This document shows positions 1 to 8,653 of a stretch of 43,334 nt of DNA, in pieces. Position 1 is the stretch's first letter, and each line of letters starts with the position of its first letter. Where the stretch lies: assembly GCA_030754595.1 (NCBI GenBank), contig JASLZZ010000016.1, positions 1-43,334 on the forward strand, read 5' to 3'. Under the pieces are notes generated by a model. That model ran no database searches. It saw only the letters and a list, made by a program, of their open reading frames with translations, and was not told the origin of the DNA. The stretch comes from Nitrospinota bacterium (GTDB lineage: Bacteria > UBA8248). Position numbers and translations under genes: made by a program.

Positions 1-17
1 ACCTGCGCGCGCATGAG

Positions 18-59
18 AAAAACCGGCCATCGGGAGGCTCTTCGGAGTTCCGATGGCCG
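18..59 (-). terminator. Probable intrinsic terminator hairpin (U-tract on minus strand)
   Basis: CGGCCATCGG (24-33) and CCGATGGCCG (50-59) form a perfect 10-bp stem with an inner CTC-TTCG-GAG. AAAAA at 18-22 gives the U-tract on the minus strand. Confidence 0.6.
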
Positions 60-121
60 AAGGTAAAATGGGTATGAATTGTGGCTAAAATGCTGCGATA
101 ACACAAAATCGGGGGAAGTTA

Positions 122-249
122 GGCGGTTTTTAGAGGTTCCCATATGTTTGTTACAGAGGCGTTTCTTCTTAGTCACATATTGGGAGTAAATAGACGCGGA
201 CAACTCGGTCTGTTCGACAGTTGAGTCCACGATCTATAAATCAACCGCC
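122..249. ncRNA. Candidate structured non-coding RNA (three-stem junction), family not recognised
   Basis: Closing stem GGCGGTT(122-128)/AACCGCC(243-249) encloses hairpin TCCCATATGT(138-147)/ACATATTGGGA(175-185) and hairpin ATAGA-CGCGGAC(190-201)/GTCCACG-A-TCTAT(225-237). No credible ORF; lower GC than flanking genes. Confidence 0.35.
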
Positions 250-349
250 GGTTTGCGCGGGCGATGGGTAGAAACCCGTAGGGTTTCTAAGCACTGGGGC
301 GTCAGCCGGGGGAGAGGTCTTAGTCGGGCTCCTCAGCCCTCAGGGCGAA

Positions 350-3226
350 TCAGCCCTCCAGCGCGTCGGCCAGTATTTCGGCCAGGTGGCGGGCCTTGCG
401 GCCGGTGCCGTGGCCGATCTGCTGTCGGCAGGAGACCCCGTTGGCGATGACATGGGTCTGGGCCCCTCCCTTCCGGATGGCGGGGAAGAGCTTCAACTCG
501 CTGATTTTGAGGGAAATGTCGTAGTTGTCCTTCCGGTAGCCGAACGAGCCCGCCATCCCGCAGCAGCCCGATGAAATCTCCTCGACCTCGAGGCCGGGGA
601 CGAGCCTCAGGGCCTCGAGCGAGGGGCCGCTTCCGACGAGGGATTTCTGGTGGCAGTGACCGTGAAAAAGGGCGCGGCCCGGCCGCTCGCGGAGGGCTAG
701 ATCGAGCTCGCCCTTCGCCTTGAGATGGACGAGGAACTCCTCGAGAAGAAAGGCGGAGTCGGCCAGCCGCCGGGTATCCTCTCCGACGATGAGGTCGGGA
801 TATTCGTCCCGCAGGGTGAGCAGACAACTCGGTTCCACCCCGACGATATACGCCCCCTCGCGGAGCGCCCCCGAGAGGCGCATCAGGTTCTCCCCGGCCA
901 TATCCCTCGCCTCGCGGAGCAGGCCGTTCGAGATCTGGGGCCTCCCGCAGCAGCCCATCTCGGCCAGCGCCACCTCGAAGCCCGCCGCCTCGAGTACGCG
1001 GACGGCCGCCCGGCCGATTTCGGGGTGGTGAAAGTTCGTGAAGGTGTCGTTCATGAAAAGCACCTTGCCGCGCACCGCGGGCGCCCGGTTCGGCCGCGCC
1101 CGGAACCATTCCTCGAACGTCTCTCCCGCGAGGGGGGTGAGGGTGCGCCGCCTGTCCACGCCGATGAAGCGCTCCATGAGCGAGCGGACGAAGCCGTTCC
1201 GGTAGCTCCAGTTCACGAGGGCGGCGAAGGGGCGGCTCAGCCGGTTGATTTGCGCGATGCGGCCGAAAAGGCGGGCGCTCGCCGGGGCGCCGTGGAGGTC
1301 CCAGTGGGCCTGCATCACCTCGGCCTTGATCTTGGCCATGTCCACGCTCGATGGGCACTCGGACTTGCACCCTTTACAATTGAGGCACAGGCCCATCACC
1401 TCGTGGAGGCGCTTGCTGGCGATGTCCTCGCCGGGAATGCCGCCCGAGATGACTTCGCGAAGGGCGTTGGCCCGGCCCCGGGTAGAGTGTTCCTCCTCGT
1501 TGGTGGCCTGGAAGGAGGGGCACATCGTCCCGTCCCGCTTGCGGCAGGCACCCACCCCGTTGCACATCTCGACCGCCCGGGCGAAGCCGCCGTCGCTCGA
1601 GAAATCCATGATGGTGGAGACCGGGACTGTTTTATAGGCCGGGCTGATCCGGAAGTTGTCGGTGAAGGGGTCGCCGTCCACGATCTTGCCGGGGTTCATC
1701 AGCCCATCGGGGTCGAAAACCCGCTTCACCTCGCGGAAGGCTTCGTAGATTTTGGGGCCGAAGAACTTGGGGACGAGGTGGCTCCGGGCCAGCCCGTCGC
1801 CGTGCTCGCCGCTCATGGCGCCGCCGAACTCGAAGACCAGTTCCGCCGTCTGCTCCTGGATGGAGACCATTTTTTCCACCTCGGAGCCCATCTTGAGGTT
1901 GATGCCGGGCCGGATGTGCATGAGCCCGACGCTGGAGTGGCCGTAGTAGGAGCCCTCGGTCCCGTGGGCGCTGATGATTTTTTCGAGCTTGCGGTAGTAG
2001 TCGAGTAGTCTTTCGGGCGCGACGGCGCAATCCTCGATGAAGGCGTAGGGCTTTTTGTCGCCCTTCACGCCGAGGAGGAAACCGAGGCCGGCCTTTCGCA
2101 CGTTCGATATGTCGGCCTGTTCACTGGCGTCGAGTAGCGGGACCCGCGCGTAGCCGGCGCCCTCCCGCTCGAGATCGGCTACGAGGGCCTCCACCTTGCC
2201 GCGCACCTCGTCCGGGCTCTCGCCGAAGAAGACGACCTGGAGGGTGGCCTCAGGCTCCCCTCGCATGAACGAGGTCATCCAGCGCCTCGCCTCGATGTTC
2301 TGCTCCGCTAGGCCGAGGAGGAGGCGGTCCATGATCTCGAGCGCGGCGGGCTTGTGGGCCAGTATCAGGGCGCTGGCGGCCAGCGCCCGCTCGACGGACT
2401 CGAAATGGATGGCCAGCGATCCGCGCGCCTTCGGACGGGGGCAGATGCGGACCTTCGCCTCGGTGATGGTGGCGAGGGTGCCCTCCGATCCGACCAGGAA
2501 CTTGGCGAGGTTGAAGGCCTCCCCCTTGATCAACTCGTCGAGGTTGTAGCCCGACACCCGGCGCATGATCTTCGGGTAGCGGTCGTCGATCTCCCGGCGG
2601 TTGTCGCCCGAGAGGCGGTAGAGGGCACGGTGAATCTCGCCGACACGCGATTTTTCCTCGAGCGCGGCCTCAAGCTGGGCGCCCTCGAGGGGGCCGAAGG
2701 TGAAGGGCTCCCCGCCCGAGAGAAACCCGGAAATCTCGTGGACGTGATCGACGGTCTTTCCGTAGACGAGGGATTCCGAGCCCGACGAGTTGTTCCCCAT
2801 CATTCCGCCGAGGGTGGCCCGGTTGCTGGTGGAGGTGTTCGGGCCGAAAACGAAGCCGTGGGGTTTGAGGTAGTCGTTGAAATGGTCCTGGACGAGACCG
2901 GGCTGGACGCGGGCCCATTCGCCCCCGGCGTCGTGCTCTATGACGCGGTTCATGTATTTAGAGAAGTCGATGACGACGGCCCGGCCTACGGTCTGGCCGG
3001 CGAGGCTGGTTCCCCCGCCGCGGGATAGGACGGCCGCCCGGTGGTCCCGGGCGATCTCGAGGGTGCGCCGGACATCGTCGGAGGTGCGGGGGATGACGAC
3101 GCCCACCGGTTCGATGCGGTACATGCTGGCGTCGGTGCTGTAGAGCTTGCGCGAGTAAGGGTCAAAGCGAACCTCTCCCTCGATCGCCTCTTTGAGTTCG
3201 CCCTCGAGTTTTTCCCAGCCCGCCAT
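350..3226 (-). CDS. FAD-binding and Fe-S-binding oxidoreductase (YdiJ-like, GlcD/GlcF-type fusion; D-2-hydroxyacid dehydrogenase family)
   Basis: RGGGTSLAGQ FAD motif, GSEGTL, SGEHGDG, ferredoxin-type CLNCKGCKSECP and two CCG motifs. Start placed at ATG 3226 behind an AAGGAG RBS (ORF track start 3259). Confidence 0.9.
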   Translation of the reverse strand: MAGWEKLEGELKEAIEGEVRFDPYSRKLYSTDASMYRIEPVGVVIPRTSDDVRRTLEIARDHRAAVLSRGGGTSLAGQTVGRAVVIDFSKYMNRVIEHDAGGEWARVQPGLVQDHFNDYLKPHGFVFGPNTSTSNRATLGGMMGNNSSGSESLVYGKTVDHVHEISGFLSGGEPFTFGPLEGAQLEAALEEKSRVGEIHRALYRLSGDNRREIDDRYPKIMRRVSGYNLDELIKGEAFNLAKFLVGSEGTLATITEAKVRICPRPKARGSLAIHFESVERALAASALILAHKPAALEIMDRLLLGLAEQNIEARRWMTSFMRGEPEATLQVVFFGESPDEVRGKVEALVADLEREGAGYARVPLLDASEQADISNVRKAGLGFLLGVKGDKKPYAFIEDCAVAPERLLDYYRKLEKIISAHGTEGSYYGHSSVGLMHIRPGINLKMGSEVEKMVSIQEQTAELVFEFGGAMSGEHGDGLARSHLVPKFFGPKIYEAFREVKRVFDPDGLMNPGKIVDGDPFTDNFRISPAYKTVPVSTIMDFSSDGGFARAVEMCNGVGACRKRDGTMCPSFQATNEEEHSTRGRANALREVISGGIPGEDIASKRLHEVMGLCLNCKGCKSECPSSVDMAKIKAEVMQAHWDLHGAPASARLFGRIAQINRLSRPFAALVNWSYRNGFVRSLMERFIGVDRRRTLTPLAGETFEEWFRARPNRAPAVRGKVLFMNDTFTNFHHPEIGRAAVRVLEAAGFEVALAEMGCCGRPQISNGLLREARDMAGENLMRLSGALREGAYIVGVEPSCLLTLRDEYPDLIVGEDTRRLADSAFLLEEFLVHLKAKGELDLALRERPGRALFHGHCHQKSLVGSGPSLEALRLVPGLEVEEISSGCCGMAGSFGYRKDNYDISLKISELKLFPAIRKGGAQTHVIANGVSCRQQIGHGTGRKARHLAEILADALEG

Positions 3227-3529
3227 GCCCGGCCGCTCCTTGCGTGAGGGATGCTCCATCCACGATGGATAATCGCCCCGGTGATCAACCGCCCCGGTGG
3301 ATGGCCGCGTTGGGGTGGAGGGTCGTTGAAACCGGATTCTCTCGCTTCAGGGGGGTGTTCTCAACCTGGAGGGCGCATCATAAAGAGGTCCGTCCGGCAG
3401 GGCAAGACGCGCCAGGGTGGAGAGGCCAAAGTGGAGAAGGAGAGCGCCGCCGTTGCGAAAATGCCCACCGGGCCATAAGGTAGTGGCCCTTCGGCGCGAT
3501 AGGCCGCCGGCGGTTAAGGAGAGGATTCG

Positions 3530-4549
3530 ATGGACTACAGGGAGCTGGCCGGGCGCGTGATCGAGGGCGGGGAGACCTCGCGGGCGGAGGGCGAGGCGAT
3601 CCTCGACTCGCCTGATGAGGACCTGCTCGCCCTGCTAGACGGGGCCTTTCTGATACGCCGGGAATATTTCGGCCGTTCGGTCCAGATACACCAGCTCATG
3701 AACGCGAAGAGCGGGCGCTGTCCGGAGGACTGCTCCTACTGCTCGCAGTCGGCCGTCTCGGAGGCGGAGATCGAAAAATACGGTCTCCTGGACCACGAGC
3801 GCCTCCTCGAGGGCGCGCGCCGGGCGTCCGAGGCCGGTTCGCGCCGCTACTGCATGGTGATTAGCGGGAGGGGCCCGACCGACGCCGAGATCGGCCATCT
3901 CGCCGAGGCCGTCCGGAAGATCAAGGCGGATTCCGAGGTCAGTATTTGTCTCTCGCTCGGCCTCCTCGGCGAGGACCAGGCCCGGCGGCTGAAGGAGGCC
4001 GGGGTGGACCGCCTCAACCACAACCTCAACACGAGCGAGCGCCACTACGCCGAAATTTGCACCACCCACACCTACGGAGACCGGCTGGAGACGCTGGCCG
4101 CCGCGCGGGGGGCCGGGCTCGAGCTCTGCTCGGGCGTGATCTTCGGGCAGGGCGAGAGCCGGGCGGACATCCTCGACTCGTGCGAGGCGCTTCGGGCGCT
4201 GGGGCCCGAGTCGGTCCCCGTGAATTTTCTCACTCCCATCGCCAGGACCCCGCTCGAGGGGGTGGCCCCGCTGGGGCCGGTCCAGTGTCTCCGCCTTCTT
4301 TGCCTGATGCGCTACTTCAACCCGCGCTCGGAGATTCGCGTCGCCGGAGGGCGCGAGGTCCAGCTCCGCGAGCATCAGGCCATGGCGCTCTACCCGGCCA
4401 ACTCCCTGTTCGTCTCGGGCTACCTCACCACACCGGGCCAGTCGGCCGATGACGCCCGCCGGATGATCCGTGACCTGGGCTTCGAGGTGGATACGGCCGG
4501 CGTGTCGGACCCTCGCCTGAGGGCCCGGGCGGAGCCGCAGACGGCCTGA
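3530..4549 (+). CDS. bioB: Biotin synthase (radical SAM)
   Basis: NAKSGRCPEDCSYCSQS (CxxxCxxC), NHNLNTS, SVPVNFL, RVAGGRE, ANSLF, YLTT. AAGGAG RBS upstream. Confidence 0.95.
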   Translation: MDYRELAGRVIEGGETSRAEGEAILDSPDEDLLALLDGAFLIRREYFGRSVQIHQLMNAKSGRCPEDCSYCSQSAVSEAEIEKYGLLDHERLLEGARRASEAGSRRYCMVISGRGPTDAEIGHLAEAVRKIKADSEVSICLSLGLLGEDQARRLKEAGVDRLNHNLNTSERHYAEICTTHTYGDRLETLAAARGAGLELCSGVIFGQGESRADILDSCEALRALGPESVPVNFLTPIARTPLEGVAPLGPVQCLRLLCLMRYFNPRSEIRVAGGREVQLREHQAMALYPANSLFVSGYLTTPGQSADDARRMIRDLGFEVDTAGVSDPRLRARAEPQTA

Positions 4550-4562
4550 GGGAGCGAGCGCC

Positions 4563-5257
4563 TTGATCGTCTCCATCCACCAACCCGCCTATCTTCCCTG
4601 GCTGGGCTACTTCGACAAGATCCGCCGCTCGGATGTTTTTGTCTTCCTCGACACCGTGGAGCTCGAAAAAAACGGCTTCGCGAACCGCAACCGCGTCCGC
4701 ACCGCCTCGGGCGTCAAGTGGCTCACCGTCCCCCTCCTGATAAAGGGGCACACGGAAAAATCCATCGGGGAGATGAGGATCAACCCCGCCTCGAACTGGA
4801 AGCGAAAGCACATAGCCACGCTGGCGCAGGCCTACCGGGGCCGCCCCCACTACGAGAGATACGCCGGCGGAATCGAGCGTCTGATCGATGGCGCGGGCGA
4901 TTCGCTCGGGGATTTTCTCTTCGAGATGCTTGGTTATTTTCTCGGCGAGCTGGATCTGGACGGCCGGAGGGTCCTGCGCGCCTCCGGGCTCGGCGCGGTG
5001 GGCAGCCGGGCCGAGCTGCTCGCCCGGATCGCCGGCGAGGTGGGGGCCGACGTTATCTCTCGGGGTCCGCCGGCCGGGAGTATCTCGACCCCGCGCCGTT
5101 CCGGGAGGCGGGAATCGAGGTCGCCTTTCAGGATTTCAGGCATCCCGTCTACGATCAGGGCGCGCCCGGATTCGAGCCCAACATGGGCATCGTGGACGCG
5201 CTCTTTCATCTGGGGGGCGAGGGGGTGGCGGAGATGCTGGAGCGGGCGGGCGGCTAG
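4563..5257 (+). pseudogene. WbqC-family protein, frameshifted
   Basis: N-terminal IHQPAYLPWLGYFDKI...NRNR...WLTVP. The conserved C-terminus YLSGSAGREYLD...Y.Q...F.PNMGIVDALF lies in another frame after about 5052-5054 (GAC-GT-TAT, one base short). Confidence 0.85.
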
Positions 5258-5357
5258 GCCTATTTGAAGTCGAGCGTCCTGGCCCCGAGGGTTCAGAGCG
5301 ATCTGGCCCACTGTTTCGGGTCGACGTTCGGCGCGTCGGAAACCGGGGATTTCCGGA

Positions 5358-6467
5358 TTAGGACGCCAGGGTGGACGCCGAGTCTTCAAGCACCGCGGGG
5401 CCGGTGTCCTTCAGCAGGGGCATGATGTCGCGTCCGAAGCGGGTGGCCTCCTCGACATGGGGCCAGCCCGATAGGATGAAGCACCCTACGCCCGCGTCCA
5501 CATACTCCTTCAGGGCGCCGGCGATCATGTCCGGCGTGCCCACGAGAGAGGCGCCCGCCCCGGCGCGGACCCGGTTGACGCCCATCCAGAGCGTGTCCGT
5601 CACCCAGAGCGAATCGCCCTTGGCGAGATCGTTCACGCGCATTTGCCCGACGCTCTCGGTATTGTCCCTCATGTTGGCCCATGCCCCGGTATTCGAGATG
5701 TCGCTGCCCCCGATCAGGGCTTCGGCGGCGCGGCGGGCCTCTTTCTTCGTGTCGCGGCAAACGATATGCATCCGGACGCCCAGGACGATTTCTTTCTCGC
5801 GGTCAAGCCCGGCGGCGCGGCGTTTCATGTCCGCCACATCCTCGGCGATCGTTTCGACTTCGACGGCGTACATCATATGGATGTCGGAGTGCTTGGCGCC
5901 GACCCGGCGGCCGGCCTCGGAGCTTCCGCCCATGTAAACCTTGGGGAAGGGTTTCGAGGCGGAATCCGGAAAGAAGGAAGCGTCACGAATGTCGTAAAAC
6001 TTGCCCTTGCAGGTGACCGGCTCCCGGGACGTCCAGATGGCCTTGATGATGTCGAGAAACTCCATCGTCCGCTCGTAGCGCTCGGCGTGTCTGAGATGGT
6101 CGCCGTAGCGCATCTGATCGATCGGGGTGGAGCCCGTAACGACGTTAACCGTTACCCGGCCTTTTGAATGCCAGTCGAGGGTGTTGCAAATCTGTGCGGA
6201 ATAAACCGGGCTTGTAAGGCCGGGCCGGAGGGCGACGCAGAATTTGATCCGGTTCGAGTTCTGGGCGATTACGGCGGCGGTCACCCAAGCGTCGAGGCAG
6301 TGGGTGCCCGTGGGCACGAGGAGATTGACGAATCCGGCGTCCTCTGCGGCCCGGGCGACTTCGGAGAGATATTCGACCGTGGGCGGCCGCTCCGGTGTGG
6401 GTAGGTTGATCTTGTGACCGTCACCGGCCCTGGCGCTGGGGATGAACCAGGCGTATTCTGTTCCCAT
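5358..6467 (-). CDS. LLM-class flavin-dependent monooxygenase (SsuD/alkanesulfonate monooxygenase-like)
   Basis: WFIP..GDG, ARAAEDAGF..LLVPTG..CLDAW, ALRPG, NVVTG, YMGGSSEAG, LVGTP, FILSGWPH. Start at MGTEYAWF (ATG 6467). Confidence 0.9.
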   Translation of the reverse strand: MGTEYAWFIPSARAGDGHKINLPTPERPPTVEYLSEVARAAEDAGFVNLLVPTGTHCLDAWVTAAVIAQNSNRIKFCVALRPGLTSPVYSAQICNTLDWHSKGRVTVNVVTGSTPIDQMRYGDHLRHAERYERTMEFLDIIKAIWTSREPVTCKGKFYDIRDASFFPDSASKPFPKVYMGGSSEAGRRVGAKHSDIHMMYAVEVETIAEDVADMKRRAAGLDREKEIVLGVRMHIVCRDTKKEARRAAEALIGGSDISNTGAWANMRDNTESVGQMRVNDLAKGDSLWVTDTLWMGVNRVRAGAGASLVGTPDMIAGALKEYVDAGVGCFILSGWPHVEEATRFGRDIMPLLKDTGPAVLEDSASTLAS

Positions 6468-6469
6468 GA

Positions 6470-6750
6470 AATAGCCCCCCCCCAAAAAACCCCAAAAATG
6501 AATCATGCACCGGAATGGGCGGCCTCGCCGCTTAAAAAACCGGGATGCCGATAGTATAGTGAAATCAGGCAAAAAAAACATGCAATATAGGTAGTGATGC
6601 CGAGGGGGGCATGAGTGGGAATCAATTTGCATTTTATGTTATTGTTATTTAGTTAAATTTATTCGTTTGTTTTTCCGGGTCGCAAGGACCGTTCGCCGCC
6701 CTAATCGTGGATGGGAGATCCAGCCGGCCGAACTTTTTTTGGGATCGACG
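6470..6750. promoter_or_regulatory. AT-rich divergent promoter region between the LLM monooxygenase and the GntR regulator
   Basis: Divergent gene starts flank a strongly AT-rich stretch (e.g. 6626-6672). Exact promoter elements not resolved. Confidence 0.5.
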
Positions 6751-6754
6751 AATT

Positions 6755-7507
6755 ATGGAAGTGAAATTCGTTTCGACTCCGCTGTCGAATCGCACGGTTC
6801 CCTACTATTTTCAGATTGTAACCCTGCTCCGGCGAAAAATAGAAGAGGGGGATCTTCCCTCCGGGCTGAAATTGCCCAACGAACTCGAATTGGCCAAACT
6901 CTTCGGAGTCAGCCGCGTTCCCGTCCGCCGGGCGCTTTCCATGCTCGAGGCGGACGGCCTGCTGGTCCGTCAGCGTGGACGCGGCACATTTGTCGCGGAC
7001 GTCCCGCCGGCCCCGAATTATTACGTCCTCAGCGGCACCATCGAAGATTATCTCTCGAGGAACCTGAGGGGAACGCTCCGTCTCCTTTCGATGGAGAAAA
7101 TTCCAGCCCCCAGGGTGGTGGCTGATTTTTTCGGGATTGAAACGGGGGGGACGGTTTCGCTGTTCCGCCGCATCAGGGCCGTGAACGGGGTCCCTTATTC
7201 CTATGTGATGAACTACGTTCTTTTGGCTACGGTCGCTCATTTCTCGATCAAGGATCTCAATGAGCTGAATGTGGTGAACATCTTCGCGAAATGCTTGGAT
7301 GTTTCGCTCCAGAAAATCACCCAGGCGATTGAGGCGAGAAGCGCGGACAGCGATATCGCGGCCCAGCTCTCAATCGATGTCGCCTCGCCGGTGATGTGTG
7401 TGGAGACTTTTTTTCGGAGCCACCGTGGTTCGCCCGAGGCGCTTTCAAGGATCTTCTACCGGGGCGACCGCCACAAATATCTGCTGGAGCTCACCCGGAA
7501 GAATTAG
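6755..7507 (+). CDS. GntR/HutC-family transcriptional regulator (wHTH + UTRA)
   Basis: PYYFQI...LPNELELAKLFGVSRVPVRRAL..LEADGLLVRQRGRGTFV. UTRA-like C-terminus ending YRGDRHKY. Confidence 0.9.
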   Translation: MEVKFVSTPLSNRTVPYYFQIVTLLRRKIEEGDLPSGLKLPNELELAKLFGVSRVPVRRALSMLEADGLLVRQRGRGTFVADVPPAPNYYVLSGTIEDYLSRNLRGTLRLLSMEKIPAPRVVADFFGIETGGTVSLFRRIRAVNGVPYSYVMNYVLLATVAHFSIKDLNELNVVNIFAKCLDVSLQKITQAIEARSADSDIAAQLSIDVASPVMCVETFFRSHRGSPEALSRIFYRGDRHKYLLELTRKN

Positions 7508-7597
7508 CCCCACCCATTGCGGGTTTTGACGAAATCCGCGATTTCTGCGAAGTTCAACGAAATTTCATTGGGAAAATTATTTTCGGGAAGGGACCGG

Positions 7598-8386
7598 ATG
7601 GATCTCGGATTGAAGGGAAAAACGGCCATCGTGACGGGGGCGAGCATGGGCCTCGGTCTGGCGGCGGCGAAAGAACTGGCGCGGGAGGGGTGCAACGTGA
7701 CGATCTGCGCCCGGGGAGAGGAGACCCTCCTCCGCGCGCGGGACGATGTTTTGGCGCGTTCCGAGGGCGCGGGCTGCCACGCCGTCCGGGCGGACATGAG
7801 CGTATCCGGGGACGTCGCCCGGGTCGTCTCGGAGACGGCCGGGCGCTTCGGGGGGGTGGACATTCTCGTCAACAATGCCGGGGTGAGCATCACCAAGGAT
7901 TTTCTCGATGTGGGGCGGGAGGACTGGGACGCGATACTCGGGACGATCCTCTTCGGGGCGTCCGAGGCCAGCCGCCTCTCGATTCCCTACATGCAAAAAA
8001 AACAATGGGGACGCATCGTCAACATCGGCTCCGTCAGCGCCAAGCAGCCGCGCCAGCGGCGCGTCCTCGCCAACGCGGCCAAGGCCGCCCTTCTCAGCTT
8101 CACGAAAACGCTGGCCACGGAGTTCGTTAGCGAGGGGATTCTCGTCAACGCCGCCGTACCTGGGCGGTTCGACACCCATTGGCGCGAGCGGATCGCACAA
8201 ATGGCCAGTGGGCAGGGGCGGAGCGAGGAGGATGTCCACGCCGAGGTCGTCAAGGACATCAAGATGGGCCGGCTCGGCCAACCCGAGGAATTCGCCGCGA
8301 TGGTCGTATTTCTGGCGAGCGAGCGGGCCAGTTTCATCAGCGGCGCGGCCTTCGCGGTGGACGGCGGCGAGTTGATGTCGATCTGA
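7598..8386 (+). CDS. Short-chain dehydrogenase/reductase (atypical active site)
   Basis: MDLGLKGKTAIVTGASMGLG, LVNNAG, GRIVNIGS, GRLGQPEEFA, VDGG. Confidence 0.9.
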   Translation: MDLGLKGKTAIVTGASMGLGLAAAKELAREGCNVTICARGEETLLRARDDVLARSEGAGCHAVRADMSVSGDVARVVSETAGRFGGVDILVNNAGVSITKDFLDVGREDWDAILGTILFGASEASRLSIPYMQKKQWGRIVNIGSVSAKQPRQRRVLANAAKAALLSFTKTLATEFVSEGILVNAAVPGRFDTHWRERIAQMASGQGRSEEDVHAEVVKDIKMGRLGQPEEFAAMVVFLASERASFISGAAFAVDGGELMSI

Positions 8387-8452
8387 CGGATAACGGCGCC
8401 CATATACCGCCCCTCCGGGGGACGGGACGTATCAACAGGGAGGCAGGAACCC

Positions 8453-8653
8453 ATGGCGATGAGCCCCAAGGGACAACAGCTTTACAATGAAGTACTCGAG
8501 GCGCGCGGTTTCGTCTACCCCGCCTTCGCTCTGCTCTGCGAGACGGCGCCCGAGATGCTCGAAAAGTACGAGGACATGAAAAACCATCTGATGAACTCGG
8601 ATGGCCCGTTTCCCGAAAGGACCCGCACTCGTGCACAAGATTCTGGTCATTGA
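8453..8653 (+). pseudogene. Probable truncated carboxymuconolactone decarboxylase (CMD/AhpD-like) N-terminal fragment
   Basis: GGGAGG RBS. ARGFVYPAF.LL...APEMLEKY......M...GPFPERTR resembles CMD-family N-termini but runs directly into the next gene's RBS and start. Confidence 0.45.

Noticed and set aside
3260..3529. BirA operator or riboswitch upstream of bioB
   Set aside because: No TGTAAAC/GTTAAC-type palindrome or recognisable aptamer. Only a short CGCCCCGGTG direct repeat and small GC hairpins, as expected by chance.
5259..5345. Possible remnant gene 3' end on the minus strand (PNVDPKQWARSL*TLGARTLDFK*)
   Set aside because: Too short and no recognisable family; cannot be supported.
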